Shown in pieces: positions 9,914 to 19,810 of a stretch of DNA of 64,000 nt; position 1 is the first letter of the stretch, and each line of letters begins with the position of its first letter. Both the position numbers and the translations under genes were made by a program. Under the pieces are notes generated by a model that worked only from the letters and a program-made list of their open reading frames with translations, was not told where the DNA came from and ran no database searches. The DNA is taken from the NCBI GenBank assembly GCA_023269085.1, contig JAHFML010000001.1:11966-75965 (forward strand), written 5' to 3'. The stretch comes from a bacterium. Lineage in GTDB: Bacteria; Patescibacteriota; Minisyncoccia; Phycocordibacterales; Phycocordibacteraceae.

Positions 9914-9959
9914 CGGGTGGACACCTAGTGTCCACCCGAGTTGGACATCGGATGTCCAA
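9914..9959. repeat. REP family A palindrome plus adjacent GGACATCGGATGTCC palindrome
   Basis: CGGGTGGACACCTAGTGTCCACCCG identical to the copies flanking the RAYT gene. Confidence 0.9.
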
Positions 9960-9999
9960 GTTAGTGCGACCGTGCCGTTTTCTGCTACAATCACGAGAC

Positions 10000-10566
10000 A
10001 TGAAAGAAATCGTGCAAGACGGAGCACCGGTGCTCCGCGATATCGCGAGTCTCGTCCCCGAGGACATGTTCGGCGGCCATGAGCTCGCGCAGATTATCGC
10101 CGACATGAAGACCGCCCTCGACCCCGAGCTCGAGGGCGTCGCTATCGCCGCACCGCAGATAGGCGTCTCGTATCGCATCTTCGTCGTGCGCAAGGATCGT
10201 ACCGTGACCCCTCCGCCGATGGACGACCAAGGTTCGACCTTAGCCCGAGATTCTCAAGGTCGAACCTTGAATGCGCCAAGCTACGAAGTCTACATCAATC
10301 CTGAAATTATAAAGACCTCGCGACGGCGCGCGAGCGTCGACGAAGGATGTCTCTCGGTGCGCGGTATCTACGGCTCGACACGGCGACATGAGCGCGTCAC
10401 CGTTCGCGCGCGGAATAGTGATGGCTCCCGCTTCGAGCGCGGCGGCGGCGGCATCATGGCGCAGATATTCGAACACGAGGTCGACCATTTGAACGGCATC
10501 CTCTTCACCGACCATGCCGAGCGTCTTGTCCACATCGAACATGAACCAAATGAGCGTATCACCTAA
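10000..10566 (+). CDS. def: Peptide deformylase
   Basis: GVAIAAPQIG, EGCLS, HEVDHLNG motifs; in-frame palindromic insertion. Confidence 0.96.
   Translation: MKEIVQDGAPVLRDIASLVPEDMFGGHELAQIIADMKTALDPELEGVAIAAPQIGVSYRIFVVRKDRTVTPPPMDDQGSTLARDSQGRTLNAPSYEVYINPEIIKTSRRRASVDEGCLSVRGIYGSTRRHERVTVRARNSDGSRFERGGGGIMAQIFEHEVDHLNGILFTDHAERLVHIEHEPNERIT
10228..10269. repeat. Palindromic element family B inside def
   Basis: CAAGGTTCGACCTT-spacer-CAAGGTCGAACCTTG, 42 bp, in frame. Confidence 0.85.
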
Positions 10567-11377
10567 GTTTGCCTTCTTCGGCACGCCGGCTGTTGCGGCG
10601 ACAACGCTTGCACATCTTATTGAAAACGATTTTATCCCAACACTCGTCGTCACCTCGCCCGACGCACCGCGCGGGCGTGGCCTTGTCCTAACTCCGTCGC
10701 CGACCAAGGTGCTCGCGCTCGAAAACAGCATCCCCGTCATGACACCGAGCGTGCTCGACGAAAGTGCTATTGCTGATATTAAAAAATATACTTGCGAATA
10801 CGCCGTCGTGGTCGCCTACGGCAAGATATTCCCCGACGCGTTCTTCACTGTGTTTCCTCGAGGCATGTTGAATGTGCACTACTCTCTCTTGCCGAAATAT
10901 CGCGGCGCGACGCCGCTCGAAACCGCACTCTTGCGGGGCGAAAAGGAAACTGGTGTGACAGTACAGAAGGTCGTGTGCGAGGTGGACGCGGGTGATATTC
11001 TCGCACAAGAAGCGATTCAAATTGGTGCGGGAGAAACTGCGCGCACTCTCCGACCGCGACTCATCGAGATGGGCGCTGAGCTCCTCGTCGCGACGCTTCC
11101 GGCATTTGAGCGTGGCGAGGTCCGCGCCGTGCCGCAAGACTCCTCTCGCGCCACGCGCGCCTACAAGATAAAAAAAGAAGACGGCCTCCTCGACCTCGCG
11201 GGAGATGCACGAGAGAATTGGAACAAGTATCGCGCCTACGCCGACTCTATCGGCACATATTTTATGAAAGAGGGGAAACGAGTGAAGATTACGGACGCGG
11301 AATTTGTCCGTCAGCCGACGGACAAATTCCGCGTCCTGCGCATCATCCCCGAGGGCAAGCGCGAGCAAGACTTCTAA
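10550..11377 (+). CDS. fmt: Methionyl-tRNA formyltransferase
   Basis: FFGTP, PDAPRGRG, NVHYSLLPKYRGATP. Confidence 0.96.
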   Translation: MSVSPKFAFFGTPAVAATTLAHLIENDFIPTLVVTSPDAPRGRGLVLTPSPTKVLALENSIPVMTPSVLDESAIADIKKYTCEYAVVVAYGKIFPDAFFTVFPRGMLNVHYSLLPKYRGATPLETALLRGEKETGVTVQKVVCEVDAGDILAQEAIQIGAGETARTLRPRLIEMGAELLVATLPAFERGEVRAVPQDSSRATRAYKIKKEDGLLDLAGDARENWNKYRAYADSIGTYFMKEGKRVKITDAEFVRQPTDKFRVLRIIPEGKREQDF

Positions 11378-11724
11378 CGGCCGAAGCGCAGCATCCGCTT
11401 GAGCGCTGCGCCGCCGCGCCGCACGAAGCCGCGCTTCTTCCCTTGCGAGTTCTGCACCTCGCGCACGAGGTCATCACGCACCCGATCGACCGCACCCTCT
11501 AGGGTCGAGCTCTCGGCCTCGGCACGGAAGAGCTTCCCCTGCAGCGAGAGATTCCCCTCGGCATGATACTTCGCACCCGCGCGCTCGACCGCGATCGACT
11601 GCTCGATCTCACAGGTGAGCGCGCCGTCACCGGCAAACTTCTCAAGCGCTGAAAACTTCTCTTCGATAAGCTCCCGCATCGAGAGCGGCAGTTCGTGATT
11701 CGTTGCTTTGATAGTGATATTCAT
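11374..11724 (-). CDS. hpf: Ribosome hibernation factor HPF/RaiA family
   Basis: MNITIKATN...FRAEAESSTLEGAVD pattern. Confidence 0.85.
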   Translation of the reverse strand: MNITIKATNHELPLSMRELIEEKFSALEKFAGDGALTCEIEQSIAVERAGAKYHAEGNLSLQGKLFRAEAESSTLEGAVDRVRDDLVREVQNSQGKKRGFVRRGGAALKRMLRFGR

Positions 11725-11735
11725 AGTGCAGAATC

Positions 11736-11954
11736 TTAGTTGCTAACCCCTACCATTTTACCTCGAGAACGGTGTCCTGTCAGGATATGCACATCCTCAA
11801 CCCGTGCGCCGAATCGGAGCGCGACGAGCTCGCAGACCCGCCTATTCGCATGGTTCCCGCTCGCCGGCTCTCGCACGGCAATAAGGAGCGTGTCGCCCTT
11901 TTCTTCGACACTCTCCCGCCGCGCCCCCGGCGTCACGAATACTTTGAGGTACAT
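11736..11954 (-). CDS. DUF167/YggU family protein
   Basis: VFVTPGAR, EPASGNHAN, GHRSRGK. Confidence 0.85.
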   Translation of the reverse strand: MYLKVFVTPGARRESVEEKGDTLLIAVREPASGNHANRRVCELVALRFGARVEDVHILTGHRSRGKMVGVSN

Positions 11955-11973
11955 AGGCGCATGATAGCAAACA

Positions 11974-12010
11974 ACAACGCGCGCCGCAGAGCGGCGCGCG
12001 TTGTGCTTTT
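11974..12010. terminator. Intrinsic terminator after csp
   Basis: ACAACGCGCGCCGC...GCGGCGCGCGTTGT hairpin. Confidence 0.65.
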
Positions 12011-12018
12011 TGATCTCG

Positions 12019-12228
12019 TTAGATCTTGCTTGCGTTGAGAGCGTTCTTGCCCTTCGGGCTGTCACCGATCTCGAACGAAAGCCTGTCCCCTTCGCGAAGC
12101 TCGTCGAACGAAATGTTCTGGAGCTCGTTGGAGTGGAAGAAGAGGTCCTTGTCACCGGCGGCGGCACCATCAATCTTGATGAAGCCGAAGCCGTTGTCAT
12201 TCTTCTTGACGACTGTTCCTTGTGTCAT
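12019..12228 (-). CDS. Cold-shock domain protein
   Basis: GFGFI and DLFFH RNP motifs. Confidence 0.95.
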   Translation of the reverse strand: MTQGTVVKKNDNGFGFIKIDGAAAGDKDLFFHSNELQNISFDELREGDRLSFEIGDSPKGKNALNASKI

Positions 12229-12349
12229 GCTGTGAAATGAAATATTCGACTAAAGTATCAATTCAGGCGCCGAAGATAGAAGCTCGATCCCACTTCTCTG
12301 GATCCAACTCTGGTTGATGTATTGAGCCTATCATGCCTCAATTATTTTG

Positions 12350-13342
12350 TCAAATCGCATTCAACGCGGTGCGGGTGCGCGGGCCGACCGAGCCGACCAC
12401 TTCGAGCCCGTGCGCTTTTTGAAAGTTCTTCACCGCGGCGGCCGTGAGCGTGCCATAGTAGCCGGTTATGGGGCCGGCGTAGACACCAAGCGTCGTGAGC
12501 TTGTTCTGGAGCGCCGTCACGGCCGCGCCGCGCGAGCCGAGAGCGAGATAGGTGGTGAAGCGGTAGGCGCTCGTGTTCGCGCTCGGAGTTGCCGGCGCCG
12601 TACTCGGCGCCGGAGTGGTTGGCGCGGGCGCTGTCGTTGCCACCGCGCTCGTGGTCGTCGCGACGTTTGGCGTCGTCGACGCGACAGGATTGATCACCGT
12701 CACCGGCACGATCGTCTGCGCGCTGTGCCCCTGAGAGTCCCACGCGCGCACCGTGAGCGCATGCGTCCCCAAGTCATCGGTGGTCGGCTTCCATGAAAAC
12801 GCACCGTTCGCATCGACATTGCTCTGTACGAGCGTCGTCATCGCCGTCGCATCATAGACGCCATAACTCGGCATGACGAAGCCGGGCGCCACAATACTGA
12901 AGGTGACAGGACTGCGCACCACGACCGTCCCGCTCGTTGGCAACAAATTAGACACGACAACGGTCTTACTCGTGACGATAATCGTCACGGTCGACGATGC
13001 GGCGTGCGTATAGGCATCGCTCACCGAGACCATAATAACGTGCCTCCCTGCGTCCCCCGACGCGGGCGTCCATGTGAAGAACCCGATGTTGTCGATATGC
13101 CCGCCCGGCCCAGCGGCTATCGCGGCAGTCGGCGCGAAGGCGTCGGCGATCTGGTAGACCGGATCGATGAACCCTGACGCGAGCGCTGAAAACGAGACTG
13201 GAGTCCCCGGATCAATCGCACCCATGGGCGACACCCCGGCGATATAGACTGATCCGCCCGCCGCGTGCGCTCGCGCAGTAACGCCGACACAAGAAATAAG
13301 TATACAGAGACTGAAAACAAGCCCGCATGATATATATTTCAT
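12350..13342 (-). CDS. Secreted protein with two Ig/cadherin-like repeats, Thr/Pro linker and C-terminal peptidoglycan-binding domain
   Basis: Signal peptide, two G.F.W.P...D.G.H repeats, GSRGAAVTALQ...VKNFQ...VGPRT. Confidence 0.85.
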   Translation of the reverse strand: MKYISCGLVFSLCILISCVGVTARAHAAGGSVYIAGVSPMGAIDPGTPVSFSALASGFIDPVYQIADAFAPTAAIAAGPGGHIDNIGFFTWTPASGDAGRHVIMVSVSDAYTHAASSTVTIIVTSKTVVVSNLLPTSGTVVVRSPVTFSIVAPGFVMPSYGVYDATAMTTLVQSNVDANGAFSWKPTTDDLGTHALTVRAWDSQGHSAQTIVPVTVINPVASTTPNVATTTSAVATTAPAPTTPAPSTAPATPSANTSAYRFTTYLALGSRGAAVTALQNKLTTLGVYAGPITGYYGTLTAAAVKNFQKAHGLEVVGSVGPRTRTALNAI

Positions 13343-13371
13343 GCTCCTATTCTACAACAAAGAATCCCTGA

Positions 13372-14364
13372 TTAGGACTTCAGCCCGTCAATAACTTCCA
13401 CACTTTCCTTCGCGTCGGTAAGGAACTTCTTAACAATCTCGAGATTCGCATTGTCCTCTTCACTCGGCGTCTCACCGCTCGCGAGCAGATGGCCCTCGTA
13501 TTCGGCGAGATCGTCCGTGAGCCAGAGGTACGCCGCGAATAGCAAGTCTTCGTTCTTCTTGGTCTCGTCGACGATAATCACCATCATCTCGGGCACGGTG
13601 AATGCTTTCTTATACGGTCGGTCGGCAGAAAGCAGAGCTTGTTCTATATCGGCGAGATGCAACATATCTTCAAGGACGCTGATATGAAGCGCGCCTATGG
13701 TCGCAGAATATTTCTCTAGTTTTTTATTGCCGTAATTGTGATGGTGTGCGGCGATATATGCCTCAACGAAAAGCCCCGCTTTCTCAAGAATTTCTCCTGA
13801 AAATCTCTCGTGTTCCTTCATAATTTCCATAAGAGTTTCGTCGCCGGTGAATCCGAGACCTTGCACTCTTGTGAGATCCTCGGGTGAGAGCACTTCACGT
13901 GCCGGGCTACGATACTTTTTGCGATCGGTCTCATGGAGAATCGAAAGCGGCAGCAAGATCTTGCCGAAGTCATGACCAATACATCCATTCTCGAATTCGT
14001 CTTCGGACACTCCCTCATTTTTCGAAAGGCGCCTGAAAGAGGTTCCCGCGATAATCTTATCCATCTTCATCTGTGCGATTCGGTAGGTCTCGCGACTATG
14101 CCGTGCGGTACCGGGATCGTACAGATCCTCAAGCGTGAATATCGCGCGCACCGTCTCATTCTTAAGATTGATCCCGTCGAGATCATACTCTTTGCTCACG
14201 CGCTTTTCTTCTTCTTCGAGCAATCCCTCCTGCTGGAGCATCTCGAGAGCTTTCCCCGGGTAGATTCCCATTCGTGCAATCGCTTCGGCGCGCAGATGAT
14301 GAGCGTTTTCGAGCGACTCCCTTCCCGCAGGGTGCGGCTTCTCGGCGGTCTCTGGGCGGTGCAT
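13372..14364 (-). CDS. HD-domain phosphohydrolase (HD-GYP-like)
   Basis: RHS, GHDFGK, HHH, ADIEQAL, RPYKKA motifs. Confidence 0.75.
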   Translation of the reverse strand: MHRPETAEKPHPAGRESLENAHHLRAEAIARMGIYPGKALEMLQQEGLLEEEEKRVSKEYDLDGINLKNETVRAIFTLEDLYDPGTARHSRETYRIAQMKMDKIIAGTSFRRLSKNEGVSEDEFENGCIGHDFGKILLPLSILHETDRKKYRSPAREVLSPEDLTRVQGLGFTGDETLMEIMKEHERFSGEILEKAGLFVEAYIAAHHHNYGNKKLEKYSATIGALHISVLEDMLHLADIEQALLSADRPYKKAFTVPEMMVIIVDETKKNEDLLFAAYLWLTDDLAEYEGHLLASGETPSEEDNANLEIVKKFLTDAKESVEVIDGLKS

Positions 14365-14437
14365 AGATCTTTTACGTGTCCTTTAGATTATACATCGGGA
14401 AATGATGTATGGGAAGTTATGCACTCTGTGCTCGAGA

Positions 14438-14908
14438 TTAGTTCCCCGAGAGTTCAGGGACCGAGGTGGCGCTGTCGCCGGTACCGGCGGGTGCCTTACA
14501 GGCGACCGCAGATGTCCGATACTGGTTCCATGCGGCGACCTGTGCGGTCTGCCACGACTTCTTCGCTATCTTCATCGACGCGGTGAAGGTCGACCATGCG
14601 GTCTTGACTGACGACTTCATTGCGGCGAGCGTCGTCTGCGTGTACGCCTGTTTGAGCGCCGCGGCACGAGCGCTATGCGCCGTATTCACTGACTGCGTAT
14701 ACGCCATCATGGCCACCCCGATCGCCGCCTCGCGCGCGTTCACTGCCGCACCGACACATACAATCTTGGCAGCTGCCGATGCTGTCGTCGTTGCTGTCGC
14801 GTTAGCTGTTGCCGAGACTGTCCCAGGTGTCACCATCGCAAAAGCAGGGAGAGCTGCGGCCAATAAGCTGATTGCTACTGTCGCACCCATAAGTATCTTG
14901 CGTGTCAT
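14438..14908 (-). CDS. Secreted Ala/Thr-rich hypothetical protein
   Basis: Signal peptide, helical Ala-rich body. Confidence 0.7.
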   Translation of the reverse strand: MTRKILMGATVAISLLAAALPAFAMVTPGTVSATANATATTTASAAAKIVCVGAAVNAREAAIGVAMMAYTQSVNTAHSARAAALKQAYTQTTLAAMKSSVKTAWSTFTASMKIAKKSWQTAQVAAWNQYRTSAVACKAPAGTGDSATSVPELSGN

Positions 14909-15049
14909 AGATTCTTAAATTATTTTGCTACTAAAAAATTGATCCCTACCTTACTAGTGTACCATGACACACTCACTGTCAGTGACTTCCCCGTCACGAG
15001 TAATGAAAGCCCCGCGGAGCGCATGGCTTCCACGGGGTTATAGACTTCT

Positions 15050-15346
15050 TTAATATTTGCTTTCCTGCAGTTTTTTTTCTAGCTGTCTTTTCCGAGACAG
15101 CGCCTCTTTGTTATCGGGATCCAGCGACAGCGCAATCCGATACGCCTCGAGCGCGTCCTCGGGTTTGAGACGAAACTCATCAAGAAGTCCGTTCAGGACA
15201 TACATGTGAGCACGGAACTGCGCTTCCTGTTCGCCGCATTGAATTCGTGCATCGACGTCAACATCAGACCATCGTGACAAATCTTGCGCTACCGTCAACA
15301 ACGAAAACAGACTCAAAAGAACTGCAACGAACGACTTTTTCATCAC
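15050..15346 (-). CDS. Small secreted TPR protein
   Basis: Signal peptide; ALEAYRIALSLDPDN TPR pattern; SD and terminator. Confidence 0.65.
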   Translation of the reverse strand: MMKKSFVAVLLSLFSLLTVAQDLSRWSDVDVDARIQCGEQEAQFRAHMYVLNGLLDEFRLKPEDALEAYRIALSLDPDNKEALSRKRQLEKKLQESKY

Positions 15347-15428
15347 GAATCTCCTTACAGAAGTGATGTATGTGGTTGGACTTCAATCTTTAATATATAA
15401 CTGTAGCTAAGCCGTGTCAACACACTCT

Positions 15429-16421
15429 TTATTTCCCTCGACCGAAATACTTTTTCAAGAGCGCGACATGCTGTCCGTAGGTGTCCGAGCAGTGGAGCGT
15501 CTTCGCGTTATCGTGAAAGTAGAAGAGGCAGGTCGTCTGCTTCGGGTTGAGCGCCGCGAGCACCGCCGCAATACTCGGGCTCGCTATAGGGCCGGGCGGC
15601 AGCCCTTCGTTCACATAGGTATTGTAGGGCGACTTGAGCGACAGATCTCGCGGGCGCACGGAAGGCCACCACCCCGTCTTCCCTTCTCTCGCATCAGCCT
15701 TCGCATACTGAACCGTCGCGTCGAGCTGCAGTCGCATATTGGTAAAGAGCCGGTTCCATATGATCCCCGATACAATCCTCATATCATTTTTGTCGCTCGT
15801 CTCTCGCTCGATCATCGACGCGATGGTGAGTGCGTCGTCGAGCGGGACGACTGCCGCGACCGAGGCGGGATAGTGCGCGATGATGTCATCGTCAAATCGC
15901 TGTCGCAACAGTATCCGCACCTGTGCCGGCGTCGTGCGCGGCGCGACGACATATGCCCCCGGGAGGAATTCACCTTCGGCGAGGGTGGTGCTCTCCGTCG
16001 AAGCGAGGAATGTCTGCTGATCCTCTTTACTCCAGCCAAGCGTGGTGCCGAAGGCAGCGGCTGCCTGCTCTCGGCGATATCCGGGATCAATCACGACAAC
16101 GCGCGAGCTCCCTATCGGTATCGCCGCGGCGAGCGACTCGTACCACGGCGTCTCCATGAGAGCGGCGGCGATGCTCGCGAAGAGATCCCCCGCCCCGCCG
16201 ACTGCCGCCATGAGGAATGGTTTGGCACTCGTCAGCTGTTCATTCACAACAGAACTTTCGGTAATAGTCTTGTCCTTCGGGTGCACCGTGACGGGGAATG
16301 GCTGGATCGTCGTCAGAGCGGGCGGCGCAGGCTGCTCCCACGATACAACGCTCGGCAGGGAGAAGAAAATCGCCGCGGCGCCGATGAGCCCGACACCGAG
16401 ATATGAGAGAACGCGTTGCAT
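15429..16421 (-). CDS. mltG: Endolytic transglycosylase MltG (YceG)
   Basis: IASMIERE, LQLDAT, SPYNTY..GLPPGPI. Confidence 0.93.
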   Translation of the reverse strand: MQRVLSYLGVGLIGAAAIFFSLPSVVSWEQPAPPALTTIQPFPVTVHPKDKTITESSVVNEQLTSAKPFLMAAVGGAGDLFASIAAALMETPWYESLAAAIPIGSSRVVVIDPGYRREQAAAAFGTTLGWSKEDQQTFLASTESTTLAEGEFLPGAYVVAPRTTPAQVRILLRQRFDDDIIAHYPASVAAVVPLDDALTIASMIERETSDKNDMRIVSGIIWNRLFTNMRLQLDATVQYAKADAREGKTGWWPSVRPRDLSLKSPYNTYVNEGLPPGPIASPSIAAVLAALNPKQTTCLFYFHDNAKTLHCSDTYGQHVALLKKYFGRGK

Positions 16422-16461
16422 AGTGCCATAGTAGCACCAAACTTTTTTCTTATCGCGATTC

Positions 16462-16490
16462 TTGACAGATAACACTTTCAGGACGATACT
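16462..16490 (+). promoter_or_regulatory. Sigma70 promoter
   Basis: TTGACA-17 bp-GATACT. Confidence 0.55.
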
Positions 16491-16520
16491 GCTGGCGGCG
16501 CATTAGAAAAGGAGATTGCC

Positions 16521-16928
16521 ATGTCAGCGTCAGCAGTGCTTAATGTTGAATTGGGCAACGAGATGGTCCGCACCGACTCTCCTGAATTTGCCCTCGCTCA
16601 ATACGTCGTTCTTTACAGTATGAAGCTCGTCAAGGAGGAGTTTCGGGCAGTGCATCCTGAAGTCCCCGATTATGCCATCGAGTGTCGAGAAGTCGCTTTC
16701 GCTTGGGCTCCCGGGGCACGGATCTTGCCTATCGAGCGATACGGCGTGGTCCCCACGCAAGCAACCGGGCTCTGCGACAAAACGCTTGCCGAGCTTGGGG
16801 TTGAAAAAGGGATGGTGATCATCCTCGACGGCGTGCAGATGGACAACAAGTCGCGCGCGTTCGTCTGCACTATGGTCTTGGTGTCGACCTACAATCGGCA
16901 ACTATCACCCAACGACCTCCCCAATTGA
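16521..16928 (+). CDS. Hypothetical protein
   Basis: AAGGAG SD, promoter and terminator. Confidence 0.65.
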   Translation: MSASAVLNVELGNEMVRTDSPEFALAQYVVLYSMKLVKEEFRAVHPEVPDYAIECREVAFAWAPGARILPIERYGVVPTQATGLCDKTLAELGVEKGMVIILDGVQMDNKSRAFVCTMVLVSTYNRQLSPNDLPN

Positions 16929-16943
16929 AATGGGGAGTCGGGA

Positions 16944-16988
16944 CAAGAAAAGAGCGTCTGCGGTATGACCGCGACGCTCTTCTTTTTA
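16944..16988. terminator. Bidirectional terminator
   Basis: AAGAGCGTC...GACGCTCTT with flanking A/T tracts. Confidence 0.7.
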
Positions 16989-17000
16989 TCCCCGCTTCAC

Positions 17001-17804
17001 TCAAGCGAAATCCGCGAATCGCTGATAGAAACGGTAGCGCTCCTTCGCTTTGGCGATGCGTGCCATGATCTCCTGCTGGCGTAATGCTGTCGTCCGATCC
17101 AAGACGGACTGCAATACATACTCCCGCAAATCTGCCTGCGCAGTCTTCAGCAAAGTCTCAACGCCTGAACAATATTTACCGCAGACCGCACTCGCCGAAG
17201 AGACTTCGCGCAAGAGATGTTCCATCTTCGACGCTTCGAGGAGCTGAAGCACCGTGTCGACGCCCGAGCTCCACGCAGGAACATCCCCCGAAAGCTCTGT
17301 TGTGAACAACTTATCGAGGAAGACAGTCGCGACCGCTCCGACATACAAGAAACGTCGCCGTGGCTGAGCAGAACCCCAGAGAAGCAGAGCGTCATCAAAC
17401 GAGACAACCTCTTCCTTCCGCTTCGAGGCAATGATATGGCCATGATAATTCCCTTCGTTCTCATCGGGCTTTCGTGCAAACGAAAACATCGAAAGTACGA
17501 CACCGCCATTCGCATCCTCCGTTTCTCCGAAACGACCAATGCCAATTGCCTCGAAGAGGTGTACGAAACGAAGTATGTTGATCGTCCCGACGGAAAAGGG
17601 CTTCCTGTCCCGCGCCACCTTGAGCGACACAAAACACTTCCCTTTCAGGTTCTCTGCCATTTCTGCAATTTCGACTAACTGCTCAGGAACCGGATTGCCA
17701 TCTTCACCAATGCTGCAGGTAAGAAATGTTTCTCCGTTCTTTGATTTCGTCACGGCATAGGTCCCTTCCGGAATCGGTGCCAAGAGATTTCTGATTTCGC
17801 ACAT
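17001..17804 (-). CDS. Hypothetical protein
   Basis: GGAGG SD before ATG 17804; 267 aa. Confidence 0.6.
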   Translation of the reverse strand: MCEIRNLLAPIPEGTYAVTKSKNGETFLTCSIGEDGNPVPEQLVEIAEMAENLKGKCFVSLKVARDRKPFSVGTINILRFVHLFEAIGIGRFGETEDANGGVVLSMFSFARKPDENEGNYHGHIIASKRKEEVVSFDDALLLWGSAQPRRRFLYVGAVATVFLDKLFTTELSGDVPAWSSGVDTVLQLLEASKMEHLLREVSSASAVCGKYCSGVETLLKTAQADLREYVLQSVLDRTTALRQQEIMARIAKAKERYRFYQRFADFA

Positions 17805-17900
17805 AATTATCCTCCAAAAAATAAATGAACTACTTGGAACATATAACCACAAATATCCTACTCGTACAAGAAACCGCCCGCTCGCTTCGCTGAAGGTCTA

Positions 17901-18182
17901 TTACGCGATGAGCCCAGGATACCGCTTGTCGATATCTGTTTGAATCTCTTTGGCTTCACGAAGAAGCTCGGCGTCTTTTACCGATGCTAAAATCTCGAAT
18001 ACGATATCGAGCTTTGCGATGATCGCGACACCCTCTTCATGAGATTGGATATTCCCATCAAGATCTTGATGCATCTCTGAGACAAGGCGCGTGGCGTGGT
18101 TGCGTGGTGACTCTCGTTCGATACAAGCATCGTGACGCACACCCTGCATGAACGATGCAAACCCCTGGCTCCATTTTTCCAT
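17901..18182 (-). CDS. Hypothetical protein
   Basis: ORF with -10-like TACTAT 8 nt before ATG. Confidence 0.55.
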   Translation of the reverse strand: MEKWSQGFASFMQGVRHDACIERESPRNHATRLVSEMHQDLDGNIQSHEEGVAIIAKLDIVFEILASVKDAELLREAKEIQTDIDKRYPGLIA

Positions 18183-18318
18183 ATACTCATATAGTAGCAC
18201 CCAAAGCGAAACCATAGGCCCCTCACCGCGACCCTACCACCAACCGAGCCCTGCGCTCGGTTTTTTATTTCATCTGGTGCTTTGTACCAAGAGTAAGAGT
18301 TTGCGTGGGACGATTTGC

Positions 18319-18795
18319 TTAATTAAGCATCCAGATCGAGAAGTTGAGATACGCCGCGAAGCTCACCCAGAGAATATATGGCACCAGAAGCCAAGCGGCT
18401 GGTTTGGAGATTTTAGCGAAAGCGATGATCGTGGCGAGAATGGCAAGCCAGAGGAAAATAATCTCAACAAGCGCACCGCCGGGAGAATGCAGACCGAAAA
18501 AGATAATTGACCAGAGCGTGTTCAACGCCAGCTGGCCGATAAATATGCCGAGAGCTATTTTCACATCTCTGCGCCCTACCCCCTTTCTCCAGACCAAGAA
18601 CGCCGCGATACCCATGAGCGCAAAGAGTGTCGTCCAAACCGGACCGAATACCCATGCTGGAGGATTGAGCGCCGGCCGAGCGAGCGTGGAATACCAGCCG
18701 GCAATGGATGGAGTTGTAAAGACCGAACCGATGATGCCGGCAAGCTCGGAAACGACAATGGCGATAATGAGTTTAAAGGTGTTGTTTATTTTCAT
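18319..18795 (-). CDS. tspO: TspO/MBR family membrane protein
   Basis: WY..L.RP..NPP.WVFGPVWT, LLVPYILWVSFA. Confidence 0.95.
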   Translation of the reverse strand: MKINNTFKLIIAIVVSELAGIIGSVFTTPSIAGWYSTLARPALNPPAWVFGPVWTTLFALMGIAAFLVWRKGVGRRDVKIALGIFIGQLALNTLWSIIFFGLHSPGGALVEIIFLWLAILATIIAFAKISKPAAWLLVPYILWVSFAAYLNFSIWMLN

Positions 18796-18859
18796 ATTTT
18801 TATTTTACAAACGCATCAGAAAAAATCATCTGCTCTTTGCCCTTTCTTGATTTATAAGC

Positions 18860-18899
18860 GGGTCTGTCCACTTTCGGAATATCCTTAATTTTTTGTCAT
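18860..18899 (-). pseudogene. Frameshifted, truncated 5' remnant of a radC-like gene
   Basis: Removing one A from an A6 run gives MTKIKDIPKVDRP, resembling the RadC N-terminus. Confidence 0.45.
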
Positions 18900-19063
18900 G
18901 ATTGTTTTAATAAGTTCATCATAACAAACTGTCGGGCTCTTTTTCTGAAGGTATATTATCAAGCACTCTGCTCCGCATGGTCCGGGCGGTCAGGATAGCT
19001 TCGTGATGGCTATCATTGGAATTAGCAACGAGCTAATTCCAATCGGTTAGAGTTAGGGTAATT

Positions 19064-19810
19064 TCAGGTAGCGCTTCCCGTCGCAAGACTGGATTTGAAA
19101 TCAGTAAACAGCGCGTCGGGGCCGATTCCAAGAACAGATTCATACTGCCACCCGTTCTCGTCTGGCGTCGCGCCACGTTGCAACGCTGTGTAGAATTTGA
19201 AGTATGCTTCTTTGCCAAACCGAGTGATGAGGTAATCGGAAAAGAGCGCGGCGAGCGCGTAGTACTGGCGGGCAAAGTCGTCGGGCGTATCGAGCCACGC
19301 TTGATGCGAGACGAGAAGATCAGGCGAAAAAGTGAAGTGCTGATCGCTCATCGCCTCACGCACCGTACCGGTAAATGAATTGCCAAACCAGTCGTGCCCT
19401 ACCATTCGCTCGGCGAGCCCTTCTTGGATGAAGCCGACGGCTAAGCCGAGCGGCAGCGAGAGGAGATGCATATCTTCGTGCGGACCGATGATGCGATGTT
19501 CTTCGGTATAGAGCGCGTGCACGGCGAAATCGGCATAGACGGATTGCGCGAACCATGGATTCCCCATCAGTCGCTTCTTTGTATCGGCGTCTGGATAGAA
19601 ATAATAGGAAATGCTACGTTCGGGTGCCGGCAGATTGAGAAAGTCGAGAATATCGACACATGCCTTCTCTTGCGTCTCTACGATATAGTCAATCTCTTTC
19701 TCAGCAAGTGAACCGGCAACGTAGTGGGAGCGGTAGTGCGGCGATTCGCGCACGATCCACGGCGCGGTCTTGAACGCTTCGATGTAGCCGGGCAGATGTT
19801 GCTCAAACAT
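19064..19810 (-). CDS. Putative zinc metallopeptidase (gluzincin-like)
   Basis: HEDMH followed by FIQEGLAE. Confidence 0.65.
   Translation of the reverse strand: MFEQHLPGYIEAFKTAPWIVRESPHYRSHYVAGSLAEKEIDYIVETQEKACVDILDFLNLPAPERSISYYFYPDADTKKRLMGNPWFAQSVYADFAVHALYTEEHRIIGPHEDMHLLSLPLGLAVGFIQEGLAERMVGHDWFGNSFTGTVREAMSDQHFTFSPDLLVSHQAWLDTPDDFARQYYALAALFSDYLITRFGKEAYFKFYTALQRGATPDENGWQYESVLGIGPDALFTDFKSSLATGSAT

Noticed and set aside
12229-12330. cspA-type thermosensor 5' UTR
   Set aside because: A long UTR is present but no recognisable conserved structure can be supported by eye
19015-19043. Hairpin ATTGGAATTAGC-N5-GCTAATTCCAAT as a further repeat family
   Set aside because: Single copy in the window; adequately explained as a terminator-like structure
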